A stretch of DNA of 64,000 bases from Clostridia bacterium (GTDB taxonomy: Bacteria; Bacillota; Clostridia; Christensenellales; Aristaeellaceae), in contig JAFVVG010000043.1 of NCBI GenBank assembly GCA_017502305.1, forward strand, positions 47,961 to 111,960. Direction: 5' to 3'. The notes under the pieces are model-generated. The model was not told the origin of the DNA. It saw only the letters and a list, made by a program, of their open reading frames with translations, and did not search any database. The position numbers were made by a program, and so were the translations under genes. This document shows positions 39,725-47,689 of this stretch, one piece after another (the first letter of the stretch is position 1; each line of letters starts with the position of its first letter).

Positions 39725-39752
39725 AAGGAGCGGTATGTGCCGCTCCTTTTTT
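39725..39752 (+). terminator. Rho-independent terminator after galK
   Basis: AAGGAGCGG-tatgtg-CCGCTCCTT followed by TTTT. Confidence 0.8.
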
Positions 39753-39753
39753 G

Positions 39754-39782
39754 TTGACAGGATTATGACAATGTGCTATCAT
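39754..39782 (+). promoter_or_regulatory. Sigma-A type promoter driving the FMN riboswitch and ribU
   Basis: TTGACA (39754-39759), 17 nt, TATCAT (39777-39782). Confidence 0.65.
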
Positions 39783-39808
39783 CATTGCGTAAACAGCATA
39801 GCCACTTG

Positions 39809-39930
39809 AAGCTTCTTCGGGGAAGGGTGTAAATCCCTACCGGCGGTACAGCCCGCGAACCAGAGTTTTCTCTGGCCGATCCGGTGTGATTCCGGAGCCG
39901 ACAGTATAGTCTGGATGAGAGAAGGAAGCC
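39809..39930 (+). promoter_or_regulatory. FMN riboswitch (RFN element)
   Basis: CTTCGGGGAAGGGTGTAAATCCCTACCGGCGGTACAGCCCGCGA...GGTGTGATTCCGGAGCCGACAGTATAGTCTGGATGAGAGAAGG matches the conserved RFN core. A riboflavin transporter gene lies downstream. Confidence 0.9.
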
Positions 39931-40015
39931 GGCGCGCTCGTCTTTTGGCGAGTGCCTCCGCCCCTGATAAGCGATCTGGCTTCAGGGGCGTGCGCATTTT
40001 TAAGGAGGCTTTGCC

Positions 40016-40600
40016 ATGAAAAAAACCATGTCCGTCCAATATCTGACCCGCATCGCCGTGCTGACGGCGCTGGCGTCCATCCTGTTCCTGATCGAGATCC
40101 CTGTGGTGGCGTTCTACAAGCTGGACCTGAGCAACCTGCCGGTGCTGCTGGGGGCCTTCTCCATGGGTCCTGTGGCCGGCGTGATCATCCTGGCGCTGAA
40201 GAGCTTTATCGGCATGCTGCATTCCACCAGCATGTATGTGGGTGAATTGGCTGATTTCATCATGGGCGCCGCTTATGTGCTGCCCGCGGCCCTGCTCTAT
40301 ATGCGCAGGAAGGACCGCAAGACTGCCCTCATCGGCATGGCGGTGGGCACCGTGGCCATGATCATTGTGGCGGTGCTGGTGAACTGGAAGATCATGATTC
40401 CCTTCTACATGAACGCCTTTGGCATGCCCATGGAGGCTGTGATCGGCATGGCGACCAAGGTGCTGCCCTTTGTGGATACCCAGTGGGAGCTGCTGGCCTA
40501 TGTGACCGCCCCCTTCAACCTGCTCAAGGGCGTGGTGCTGAGCCTTTTGACCTACCTTTTGTATAAGCGGCTTTCTCCGCTTTTGCATGTGAAGAAATAA
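40016..40600 (+). CDS. ribU: ECF-type riboflavin transporter S component
   Basis: 194 aa, roughly 5-6 TM helices. LTRIAVLTALASILFLIEIP is typical of RibU/FmnP. Preceded by the FMN riboswitch. Confidence 0.85.
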   Translation: MKKTMSVQYLTRIAVLTALASILFLIEIPVVAFYKLDLSNLPVLLGAFSMGPVAGVIILALKSFIGMLHSTSMYVGELADFIMGAAYVLPAALLYMRRKDRKTALIGMAVGTVAMIIVAVLVNWKIMIPFYMNAFGMPMEAVIGMATKVLPFVDTQWELLAYVTAPFNLLKGVVLSLLTYLLYKRLSPLLHVKK

Positions 40601-40610
40601 GGAGACCTGT

Positions 40611-41060
40611 ATGCGAAGTGATTCTCCCGCTGCCACCCGGCTGATCGGTGAAAAGCTGGCCCGGCAGCTCCGTTCCGGCGATGTGCTCCTGCTGCTGGGC
40701 GATCTGGGCGCCGGCAAGAGCGAACTGACCCGCGGCATCGCCAGGGGACTGGGCGTTACCTCCACGGTGGCCAGCCCCAGCTTTACCATCCTGAATGTGT
40801 ATGACGAGGGCCGCGTGCCCCTGTACCACTTTGATTGGTATCGCCTGAACGATGTGGAGGAGCTCTACGAGATGGGCATGGAGGAATACCTGAGCGGCGA
40901 TGGCGTGGCTGTGGTGGAATGGCCCAGCCAGTGCCCGGAGGCCGTGCCGGAGAGCTACCTGGAAGTGAACATCGTGACCGTGAGCGAAACGGAACGTGAG
41001 ATTATCCTGACTCCCTGCGGCGATTTCCGCAGGATTGACCTGGAGGCGAATGACGAATGA
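40611..41060 (+). CDS. tsaE: tRNA t6A37 biosynthesis ATPase TsaE
   Basis: GDLGAGKSELTRGIARGLG P-loop and HFDWYRL. Confidence 0.9.
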   Translation: MRSDSPAATRLIGEKLARQLRSGDVLLLLGDLGAGKSELTRGIARGLGVTSTVASPSFTILNVYDEGRVPLYHFDWYRLNDVEELYEMGMEEYLSGDGVAVVEWPSQCPEAVPESYLEVNIVTVSETEREIILTPCGDFRRIDLEANDE

Positions 41061-41761
41061 TGCTGCTGGCCATTGATACCTCTGGCCCGGTGTGCGGTGT
41101 GGCGATCCTGAAGGATGGCACCATCGCCTACGAGTGTGCGGCGGTGAACAAGCTGACCCACTCCACCAACCTGATGCCCATGGTGGAAACAGCCTTTGCC
41201 TCCACCGGCCTTACGGTGGCGGATATGGACCGCATTGCCGTGGTGACGGGGCCTGGCTCCTTCACCGGAGTGCGCATCGGCGTCAGCACCGCCAAGGGAC
41301 TGGCCCATGGGGCGAACAAGCCCTGCGTGGCGGTGGACGCCCTGGAGGCCATGGCAGCGGGTGCGGGCGCCTTTGACGGGGTGATCTGCCCCATTCAGGA
41401 TGCCAGGGCAGGGCAGGTCTACGGCGCGGCGTTCAGGGCCTGTGAGGGCCGCCCGCAGCGGCTGATGGACGACATCCCCCTGAAGGTGGAGGAGTTTGTG
41501 GAGGCCATCAGGCCCCTGGGAGAGCGCTTTCTGTTTCTGGGGGACGGCATGCCGGTGCAGAAGGCCCGCCTGCAGGCGCTGCTGGGCGAAAAGGCGGTGT
41601 TCGCGCTGCCCCAGCAGGCATACCTGCGGCCTGCGGCTGCGGCGTACCTGGGCAGCCTGGAAGAAACAGAGATGGATTATCTTCAGCTGATGCCCATGTA
41701 TCTGCGCGCCCCCAACGCTGAGCGCAACAAGCGCCTGATGGAGGCTGCCCATGGGAAATGA
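41057..41761 (+). CDS. tsaB: tRNA t6A37 biosynthesis protein TsaB
   Basis: LAIDTSGPVCGVAIL and GPGSFTGVRIG. ATGA overlap with tsaE. Confidence 0.9.
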   Translation: MMLLAIDTSGPVCGVAILKDGTIAYECAAVNKLTHSTNLMPMVETAFASTGLTVADMDRIAVVTGPGSFTGVRIGVSTAKGLAHGANKPCVAVDALEAMAAGAGAFDGVICPIQDARAGQVYGAAFRACEGRPQRLMDDIPLKVEEFVEAIRPLGERFLFLGDGMPVQKARLQALLGEKAVFALPQQAYLRPAAAAYLGSLEETEMDYLQLMPMYLRAPNAERNKRLMEAAHGK

Positions 41762-42248
41762 TTGCATTGTGCGGCGCATGACCATCGCCGACCTTGACGC
41801 GGTGGCCGCCATTGAGGAAGCCACCTTTCCCACGCCCTGGAGCAAGGATTCCTTCCGCCAGGAGCTGGAGCGCAATGTGGCGGCCCGCTACCTGGTGGCG
41901 GAAAAGGACGGCCGGGTCATCGGCTACGCCGGGGCGTGGGTGATTCTGGACGAAAGCCATATCACCAATATCGCCATCGAGGAAAGCCAGCGGGGCAGCG
42001 GCTATGGCCGTGTGCTGACCCAGGCGCTGATGCAGTATCTGGCGAACCTCGGGGCCGCCTATGCTACGCTGGAGGTGCGCAAGAGCAACATCCGGGCCCA
42101 GAACCTGTATAAGAGCCTGGGGTTCATTCAGCTGGGTGTGCGCAAGCGCTATTACGAGGACAACCAGGAGGACGCCCTGCTCATGGTCTGCGATCATATG
42201 CCTGAGATTGATCCGGACTTTGAGGAAGAAGAGACGGTCAGGGAGTGA
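41751..42248 (+). CDS. rimI: Ribosomal-protein-alanine N-acetyltransferase
   Basis: GNAT fold with IEEATFPTPWS and QRGSGYGRVL. Canonical position after tsaB. Confidence 0.8.
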   Translation: MGNDCIVRRMTIADLDAVAAIEEATFPTPWSKDSFRQELERNVAARYLVAEKDGRVIGYAGAWVILDESHITNIAIEESQRGSGYGRVLTQALMQYLANLGAAYATLEVRKSNIRAQNLYKSLGFIQLGVRKRYYEDNQEDALLMVCDHMPEIDPDFEEEETVRE

Positions 42249-42253
42249 AGACG

Positions 42254-42691
42254 ATGAATATCCGTGCCTTTCGGCAGGATGACCTGAGCCGCTGCGCGGA
42301 GATCATGATGGCGGTGTATAATAACCCGCTGTGGCAATGCCGATGGGAAACGGAAACCGCGAAGGCCTATCTGAAGGATTACGCTGACGCTGCCAGGTTT
42401 ATCGGCTATGTGGCAGAAGAGGAACAGCAGGTGGTCGGTGCGGTGCTGGCCCATGAGAAGATCTGGTGGAACAACTCGGAGGTGTTTATCGACGAGATGT
42501 TTGTTTTGCCGGATCATCAGGGCAAGGGCGTTGGTACGGCGCTGCTGAAAACCCTGGAGGGGTACGTAGAGGAGCACGGTCTGGCGGGATTTACCCTGAC
42601 CACCAACCGCTATGCTCCGGCCCGGAAGTTCTACAAGAAAAACGGCTTTGTGGAGTGCGAGCCGATCATCATGATGGCGAAGGAAAAATGA
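42254..42691 (+). CDS. GNAT-family N-acetyltransferase
   Basis: MNIRAFRQDDL... and HQGKGVGTALL acetyl-CoA motif. GTG at 42245 is an alternative start. Confidence 0.75.
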   Translation: MNIRAFRQDDLSRCAEIMMAVYNNPLWQCRWETETAKAYLKDYADAARFIGYVAEEEQQVVGAVLAHEKIWWNNSEVFIDEMFVLPDHQGKGVGTALLKTLEGYVEEHGLAGFTLTTNRYAPARKFYKKNGFVECEPIIMMAKEK

Positions 42692-42694
42692 AAA

Positions 42695-42725
42695 AGCGCT
42701 GCCGGAAGTAACATCCGGCAGCGCT
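42695..42725. terminator. Bidirectional terminator between convergent genes
   Basis: AGCGCTGCCGG-aagtaacat-CCGGCAGCGCT: 11-bp perfect stem, with an A-run upstream on the plus strand. Confidence 0.75.
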
Positions 42726-44075
42726 TCAGCGTTGTCTGGCGGAAACCTGCGCGTCCTGCATGGCGGGTCCATCCAGATTTTGTCCCAGGGTGGTGAAGGT
42801 GGAGCCATGGCAGGGGCACTCCCAGCGCTGGGACTCGGGGTCATAGCGAAGCTTGCCGCCCATATGGGGGCAGACAGGCGCGCCAAGGCGGGGAATGCCG
42901 CCGGCATAGGCACCGGCGATGCGCATGCCCTCCGCCAGCTTGGGAGAAGGCCTGTCCGGCCGGAAAAGAGCAGCCTCCGGCAGGGGATGGCCGGTGATGT
43001 GTCCGGCGAGGATCTTCGCGGCCAGGTGACTGTTCAGTATACCCCAGCCGCTGTAACCGGTGGCCATGAGCAGGTGGCTTTCCTGGGGCTTGATAGGGCC
43101 GATCAGCGGAAGGCCATCGCCGCTCCACACATCCTGCCGGATGTGGCTTTCCCTGATGTGCATATCCGGCAGCAGGGCAGATATTGTCCGCCGGAGCAGC
43201 TGCTGCCGGGCATGATGCTCTTTGGTACCGGTGCGGCCCAGGTCCCAGGCCAGGAGGGCGCCGGTGCGTGTAGGGCGCAGGGTGAGTTCATCAGGCTGCA
43301 CGGAAAGGTGGCTGTTCATGACGGGGGCGCCGCCCTCCAGAAATACGGTCTGGCAGGTGCGCTGCTGCATCATGGCCAGCCTGGGCAGCGAAGTGCAGCC
43401 CACCGGCGAGCCGGTAGCCAGCAGAATAAATGCCGCCTTTACGCTGCCCTGATCGGTAGTGACATGGTGACCTTCCACAGCGCGGACGGGGGACTGTTCG
43501 TGAATGACGCAGCCCTGCTCCATGGCAAAATCCGCCAGGGCAAGCAAATAGGGCAGGGGAGCAAGCAGCAGCTGGTTCCGCGTAATCAGGGAGAGCTCCA
43601 CCGGGAAGGGGCAGCCGCCTGCGTCAGGGGCCTGAGCTACCGCGAGGCCTAGCTTGTTTTCCAGCCGGTGCAGCTTATGCAGGGCAGGAAGATCATCGGT
43701 GGTTTCAGCGAAAACATGCACGCTGTCTGCCTGGGTGGGAAAGCCAAGACAGCGGCACAGCGCATCCACGCCGGCAACGGCTTCCCGCATGAGGCGGGCA
43801 TAGTCCGCGGCGGCTTTCAGGCCGGCCTTGTCCGCGATGGTCTGATAGACGCCGACAAGCTGGCTTGTGACCTTGCCTGTGCAATTCCAGCTGGCGCCCC
43901 GGCCCAGGCGGCGGGCCTCCAGGAGAATCACCTTCACACCCATGGCGGCAAGCATGGCGGCGCAGCTCACCCCTGTCAGGCCGCCGCCGACGATGGCTAC
44001 GTCAGCCCTCGCTTCGCCGCGCAGCGCCGGAAACTCACGGCGCAAACCTGGCTCCCAAGCAGGAAAATCATCCAT
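42726..44075 (-). CDS. FAD-dependent oxidoreductase fused to a C-terminal Rieske [2Fe-2S] domain (YhfW-like)
   Basis: N-terminal dinucleotide fold DVAIVGGGLTGVSCA. Rieske motif CPHMGG...CPCHGS. ATG at 44075 lies 8 nt after GGAGG. Confidence 0.8.
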   Translation of the reverse strand: MDDFPAWEPGLRREFPALRGEARADVAIVGGGLTGVSCAAMLAAMGVKVILLEARRLGRGASWNCTGKVTSQLVGVYQTIADKAGLKAAADYARLMREAVAGVDALCRCLGFPTQADSVHVFAETTDDLPALHKLHRLENKLGLAVAQAPDAGGCPFPVELSLITRNQLLLAPLPYLLALADFAMEQGCVIHEQSPVRAVEGHHVTTDQGSVKAAFILLATGSPVGCTSLPRLAMMQQRTCQTVFLEGGAPVMNSHLSVQPDELTLRPTRTGALLAWDLGRTGTKEHHARQQLLRRTISALLPDMHIRESHIRQDVWSGDGLPLIGPIKPQESHLLMATGYSGWGILNSHLAAKILAGHITGHPLPEAALFRPDRPSPKLAEGMRIAGAYAGGIPRLGAPVCPHMGGKLRYDPESQRWECPCHGSTFTTLGQNLDGPAMQDAQVSARQR

Positions 44076-44174
44076 GCGCATCACCTCCGGAGCAATAGTC
44101 TGCGCCGGAGGTGCGCGCAATATGTGCAAAGAGCCGGAAGACGAGCCTTCGGCCTTTGCTGACGGCCTGACTGA

Positions 44175-46421
44175 TTACGTGTGGATGAACCGCAGGTAGA
44201 TGAGTTTGGTGACGGCCTTGTAGCTGTTGACGCAGGACAGAACAACGCCGATGGTGTCCGGCCTGCCGTCCGCCATGTTCATAAAGGCGTAGGACAAGGG
44301 CGCGCATTGCATGAAGCAATGCATTCCGGCAAAGTACATCATGACAACAAAGGGCCTGCCGTCCACCAGCTCGTCGAGATCGTCATAGGTGCACTGCTGG
44401 GTGCAGGCCTCGTCCTTGTACACGTAATGGGTATCGGTGTCGTTGAGGGTCGTTTCCGTGCTGCTGATGTAGAGCTTCACGGGTTTGGCGGCGCTGGGTA
44501 TGTACTTTTCTGGAATGGTGTGGACGGTCACAACACGGCCGGTGATTTCAACCGTGTCATTTTCATTCATGCCGACGCAGGCAAGGTGCGTTCCCGCCGT
44601 GTTGGCAACATTCCACAAAAGGATCGGTTCCCCCGTATCTGGCAAGTCCAAGAGCCCGAAGAGCGCCAGATTTCCCAGATAATAGATGATACGGCCTTCG
44701 TCATCACCCATCGGCACAGCATTGAGGGCGAGCTCGTAAGCCGTTCCGTTGTGGGTTACCGTATAGGTTTTGCCAACAACCAGGTCATGCAGGAGTGCGT
44801 CACCCAGCATGCGATCGCCCCCGGCACCGTCCATAACGACAACAGTACCGCTTGGCACGAAGGGAACAACAGCGCCTTCTTCCTCATAACCGATACCTTC
44901 GGGGAGGAAGCGTGGTTCAATGGTCTTATAGCCACCCTTCTTGACAACGGAGAGTGTTACGGAATCGGCACCGTCAAGCGGTATTGCCATTCCGTATACG
45001 CCAGAGTTAATTTCGGCAACCAGCTCTTCGGACAAAACCACAAAAGCGAAAGGTTCTCCGGTGTCCTCCGCATCTGTGAACGGAGCCATATTCCCGAGGC
45101 CGATCGCGCCCTCATAGTTTATCGCTTTGCATTCGAAGACTTCGCCGTTGTATGTCACGATGTACGTCTCGCCTTCGATCAAAGGAGCGGAGGGTGGAAC
45201 GATGAGAGCAAAAGCATCACTCAGCCCGTCCCCGTCTTCGTCCGAAGGGAACAATGTCGTTTGCGGCAGGAGCGCCGTCATCATATCGGGATCTTCATAC
45301 GCCAGCCGGTCAGCCCACACCGTGTTGCCTTCGCCATCGATGACAAGCTGCTGGAAGGGCGCGCCGCCCTCGGGCATGCCGCCGATGTCATCCGGCAGGA
45401 ACTTCTTGTCGATCTTCTTCAGTTCGCCATTGCCCACGATGGACACGGGGATGGTGGGCTTATTGGTCGCCAGGCAGCTAAACCAGCCGTAAATGCCGTC
45501 GGTCACATCCTCGGGGTTATAGAACACGAAGATGAAAGGCTCCTGGGTGTTCAGGCCGCTGCCCATGTGGCTCTCGTTGCCGATGACCACGCAAGGCTTG
45601 CCGTCCGCCTCGGTGGCGATGCCGGTGCACTCGTATTCAAAGCCCAGGTAGGTCACCTTGTAGGGCGTGCCGGCTTGGGGCAGGGTGTCGAAAGGCTCCC
45701 GGAAGGTGGCATAGCCGCCCACTACGGCGATATCCGTCAGGGGCAGCACCGTGCCGCCGCTGTAATCGTAGTGGGTGCGCTCCTCCCAGCACATTTTGCC
45801 GCTGGGATCGGTGATGAGCGCCATGTTGGGCGAGGTGACGGGCGGGACGATTTCGCTGTCACGGCCCTTGGGAATGCCCAGGGTCAGCTTGCCGCCGCTG
45901 AATTCAGCGGTAGCAGGGCTGTCGGCAGGCAGAGAATGTGCCTCGGCCGTCATGTTGGCGACGGCAGTGGCTTTGGTGGTGGTTTGCTCCAGCAGGTCGA
46001 TCTGGGCCAGCAATTCATCCAGGGCAGGAAGCACCTGGCCGGGGTCGATGACCTCGTCGGTGCTGGTAGGGCAGACCTTACCCTGGTACCACAGCACCGT
46101 GTGGACAACATCCGCCAGGCGCAGCTTGATGACCAGGCTGAAGCCGCAGGCCAAGGCATAGCAGGCGGCAGGAAGGGTAAGGGTGGCGGCGTTGCCGGAG
46201 GTGGTGCCCTCCAGGAGGAGGGTTTCCTTGCCGTTGCGGACGAAATAGCCGTGCACCTTGGCGTCGGTAAGGTCAACGCTCTCCCTGAAGTGATTGCGGT
46301 AGCAGCTGATGGTGAAGCGGTGGGCCTGCTGGTCGCCTGCCATGAGCAGCTGTTGGCAGGGGGATGTGGGCAGGCTTTCGTCCAGGTTGACACGGAAGGA
46401 CAGATCAGTTGTAATGGGCAT
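44175..46421 (-). CDS. Phage tail-fibre / baseplate (BppU N-domain-like) protein, isolated
   Basis: 748 aa. ATG lies 7 nt after AAAGGAG. The N-terminal roughly 125 aa resemble BppU_N. A coiled coil (LPALDELLAQIDLLEQTTTKATAVAN) follows, then three roughly 100-aa repeats, each ending in a KIDKKFLP-like motif. No other phage gene is adjacent. Confidence 0.6.
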   Translation of the reverse strand: MPITTDLSFRVNLDESLPTSPCQQLLMAGDQQAHRFTISCYRNHFRESVDLTDAKVHGYFVRNGKETLLLEGTTSGNAATLTLPAACYALACGFSLVIKLRLADVVHTVLWYQGKVCPTSTDEVIDPGQVLPALDELLAQIDLLEQTTTKATAVANMTAEAHSLPADSPATAEFSGGKLTLGIPKGRDSEIVPPVTSPNMALITDPSGKMCWEERTHYDYSGGTVLPLTDIAVVGGYATFREPFDTLPQAGTPYKVTYLGFEYECTGIATEADGKPCVVIGNESHMGSGLNTQEPFIFVFYNPEDVTDGIYGWFSCLATNKPTIPVSIVGNGELKKIDKKFLPDDIGGMPEGGAPFQQLVIDGEGNTVWADRLAYEDPDMMTALLPQTTLFPSDEDGDGLSDAFALIVPPSAPLIEGETYIVTYNGEVFECKAINYEGAIGLGNMAPFTDAEDTGEPFAFVVLSEELVAEINSGVYGMAIPLDGADSVTLSVVKKGGYKTIEPRFLPEGIGYEEEGAVVPFVPSGTVVVMDGAGGDRMLGDALLHDLVVGKTYTVTHNGTAYELALNAVPMGDDEGRIIYYLGNLALFGLLDLPDTGEPILLWNVANTAGTHLACVGMNENDTVEITGRVVTVHTIPEKYIPSAAKPVKLYISSTETTLNDTDTHYVYKDEACTQQCTYDDLDELVDGRPFVVMMYFAGMHCFMQCAPLSYAFMNMADGRPDTIGVVLSCVNSYKAVTKLIYLRFIHT

Positions 46422-46593
46422 TGGTTGGACTCCTTTCAGTATGATGGTGGGGTTGCTCCCGTTGGGGAGCGGGGCGGGGGCGCACCTCCTTTCGACAAAA
46501 GAAAGAGCCGAGCCCATAAGGGCCCGACTCTGTTGGTGACATGGTATCATATGCGGTTTGGACCTGCAAGGACAGGGCAGGACATGGTGGACG

Positions 46594-46625
46594 AAAAAAA
46601 GAGCTTGAAGTATTCTTCAAGCTCT
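46594..46625 (-). terminator. Rho-independent terminator after tRNA-Pro
   Basis: Minus strand reads AGAGCTTGAAG-aata-CTTCAAGCTCT followed by TTTTTTT. Confidence 0.85.
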
Positions 46626-46629
46626 TGCG

Positions 46630-46703
46630 TCTGGGTGAGAAGATTCGAACTTCCGGCCTCTTGAACCCCATTCAAGCACGCTACCAAACTGCGCCACACC
46701 CAG
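46630..46703 (-). tRNA. tRNA-Pro (anticodon GGG)
   Basis: Manual cloverleaf of 74 nt. Acceptor CTGGGTG/CACCCAG, D arm GCGC-AGTTTGGTA-GCGT, anticodon stem CTTGA/TCAAG with loop AT-GGG-GT, and T arm GGAAG-TTCGAAT-CTTCT. CCA is not encoded. Confidence 0.85.
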
Positions 46704-46740
46704 ATATTCTTTTCGCTCGCCTGTCCAGCGAACGAATATG

Positions 46741-46769
46741 ATTATAGCACGGTAGGCGGGGTGTGTCAA
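46741..46769 (-). promoter_or_regulatory. Consensus sigma-A promoter for tRNA-Pro
   Basis: Minus strand reads TTGACA, 17 nt, TATAAT (both hexamers perfect), about 30 nt upstream of the mature tRNA 5-prime end. Confidence 0.75.
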
Positions 46770-46871
46770 GCACTTTTTTGAAAAAAGTTCTACTTTCTTG
46801 GCGGCTGTCGGGTGTTCCCAAGGAGCGGCAGATGTGATATAATGTTGCTAATGCAACGAAGGAGGTTTTGT

Positions 46872-47672
46872 ATGACAGAAGCGGAAATTCGCGCAAGGCT
46901 TGCGGGCGTGCGCTGCTTTTTGCTGGATATGGACGGCACGTTCTATCTGGGGGATAAGCTGATTGAGGGTTCGCTGGAATTCCTGGCTGCCCTGGAGCGT
47001 ACCGGCCGTACCGCCAGGTTTCTGACCAACAATTCTTCCAAGTCCGCCCAGGTGTATGCCGAAAAGCTCAAGCGCATGGGTGTGGATGAGAAATACCGGG
47101 ATGTGATGACCTCCGGCCACGCGGCGGCCCACTACTGCCTGGAAAAGTTCCCCGGAGGCAAGTGCTATCTGCTGGGGAATCCCATGCTGGCGGAGGAACT
47201 GACGGGCATGGGCCTGGAGCTGGTGGAGGAGGAGCCGGACTATGTACTGGTGGCCTTTGATACCACGCTGGACTATGCCAAGATGTGCAAGGTGTGCGAT
47301 TTCATCCGGGAGGGCAAGCCCTATATTGCCACGCACCCGGATTTCAACTGCCCCACGGAGACCGGCTTTGTGCCGGACATGGGCGCCATTATGGCCTTTA
47401 TCGAGGCCAGCACCGGCCGCAAGGCGGATATCATTCTCGGCAAGCCCTACAAGGGCATTGTGGAGGAGGCTCTGCGGCGCACCGGCTATAAGCTGGAAGA
47501 GATGGCTATGGTGGGCGATCGGCTGTATACCGACGTGGCCACCGGCGTCAACCATGGCATGACGGGCATCCTGGTGCTTTCCGGCGAGGCCACCATGGAA
47601 GACGTGGCTGTTTCCGATGTGAAGCCTGACCTGATCTTCGGCAGGCTCAGCGATATGATTCCCTATCTTTGA
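46872..47672 (+). CDS. HAD-superfamily subfamily IIA phosphatase (NagD-like)
   Basis: FLLDMDGTFY (DxDGT), FLTNNSS and GDRLYTDV motifs. ATG lies 6 nt after GGAGG. Confidence 0.8.
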   Translation: MTEAEIRARLAGVRCFLLDMDGTFYLGDKLIEGSLEFLAALERTGRTARFLTNNSSKSAQVYAEKLKRMGVDEKYRDVMTSGHAAAHYCLEKFPGGKCYLLGNPMLAEELTGMGLELVEEEPDYVLVAFDTTLDYAKMCKVCDFIREGKPYIATHPDFNCPTETGFVPDMGAIMAFIEASTGRKADIILGKPYKGIVEEALRRTGYKLEEMAMVGDRLYTDVATGVNHGMTGILVLSGEATMEDVAVSDVKPDLIFGRLSDMIPYL

Positions 47673-47689
47673 TTGTGAGGTGCGAGAGA

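Noticed and set aside
46422-46550. Longer start (ATG 46550 or 46517) for the fibre-like protein, adding 32-43 residues.
   Set aside because: The extension (MIPCHQQSRALMGSALSFVERRCAPAPLP...) runs through a terminator-like hairpin and has no RBS. ATG 46421 has AAAGGAG 7 nt upstream, and the BppU-like domain starts right there.
44175-46703. Intact prophage or genomic island at tRNA-Pro.
   Set aside because: Only one phage-like gene is present. There is no integrase, no other structural or lysis genes, and no direct repeat of the tRNA 3-prime end near 44130-44180. The flanks are ordinary metabolic genes.
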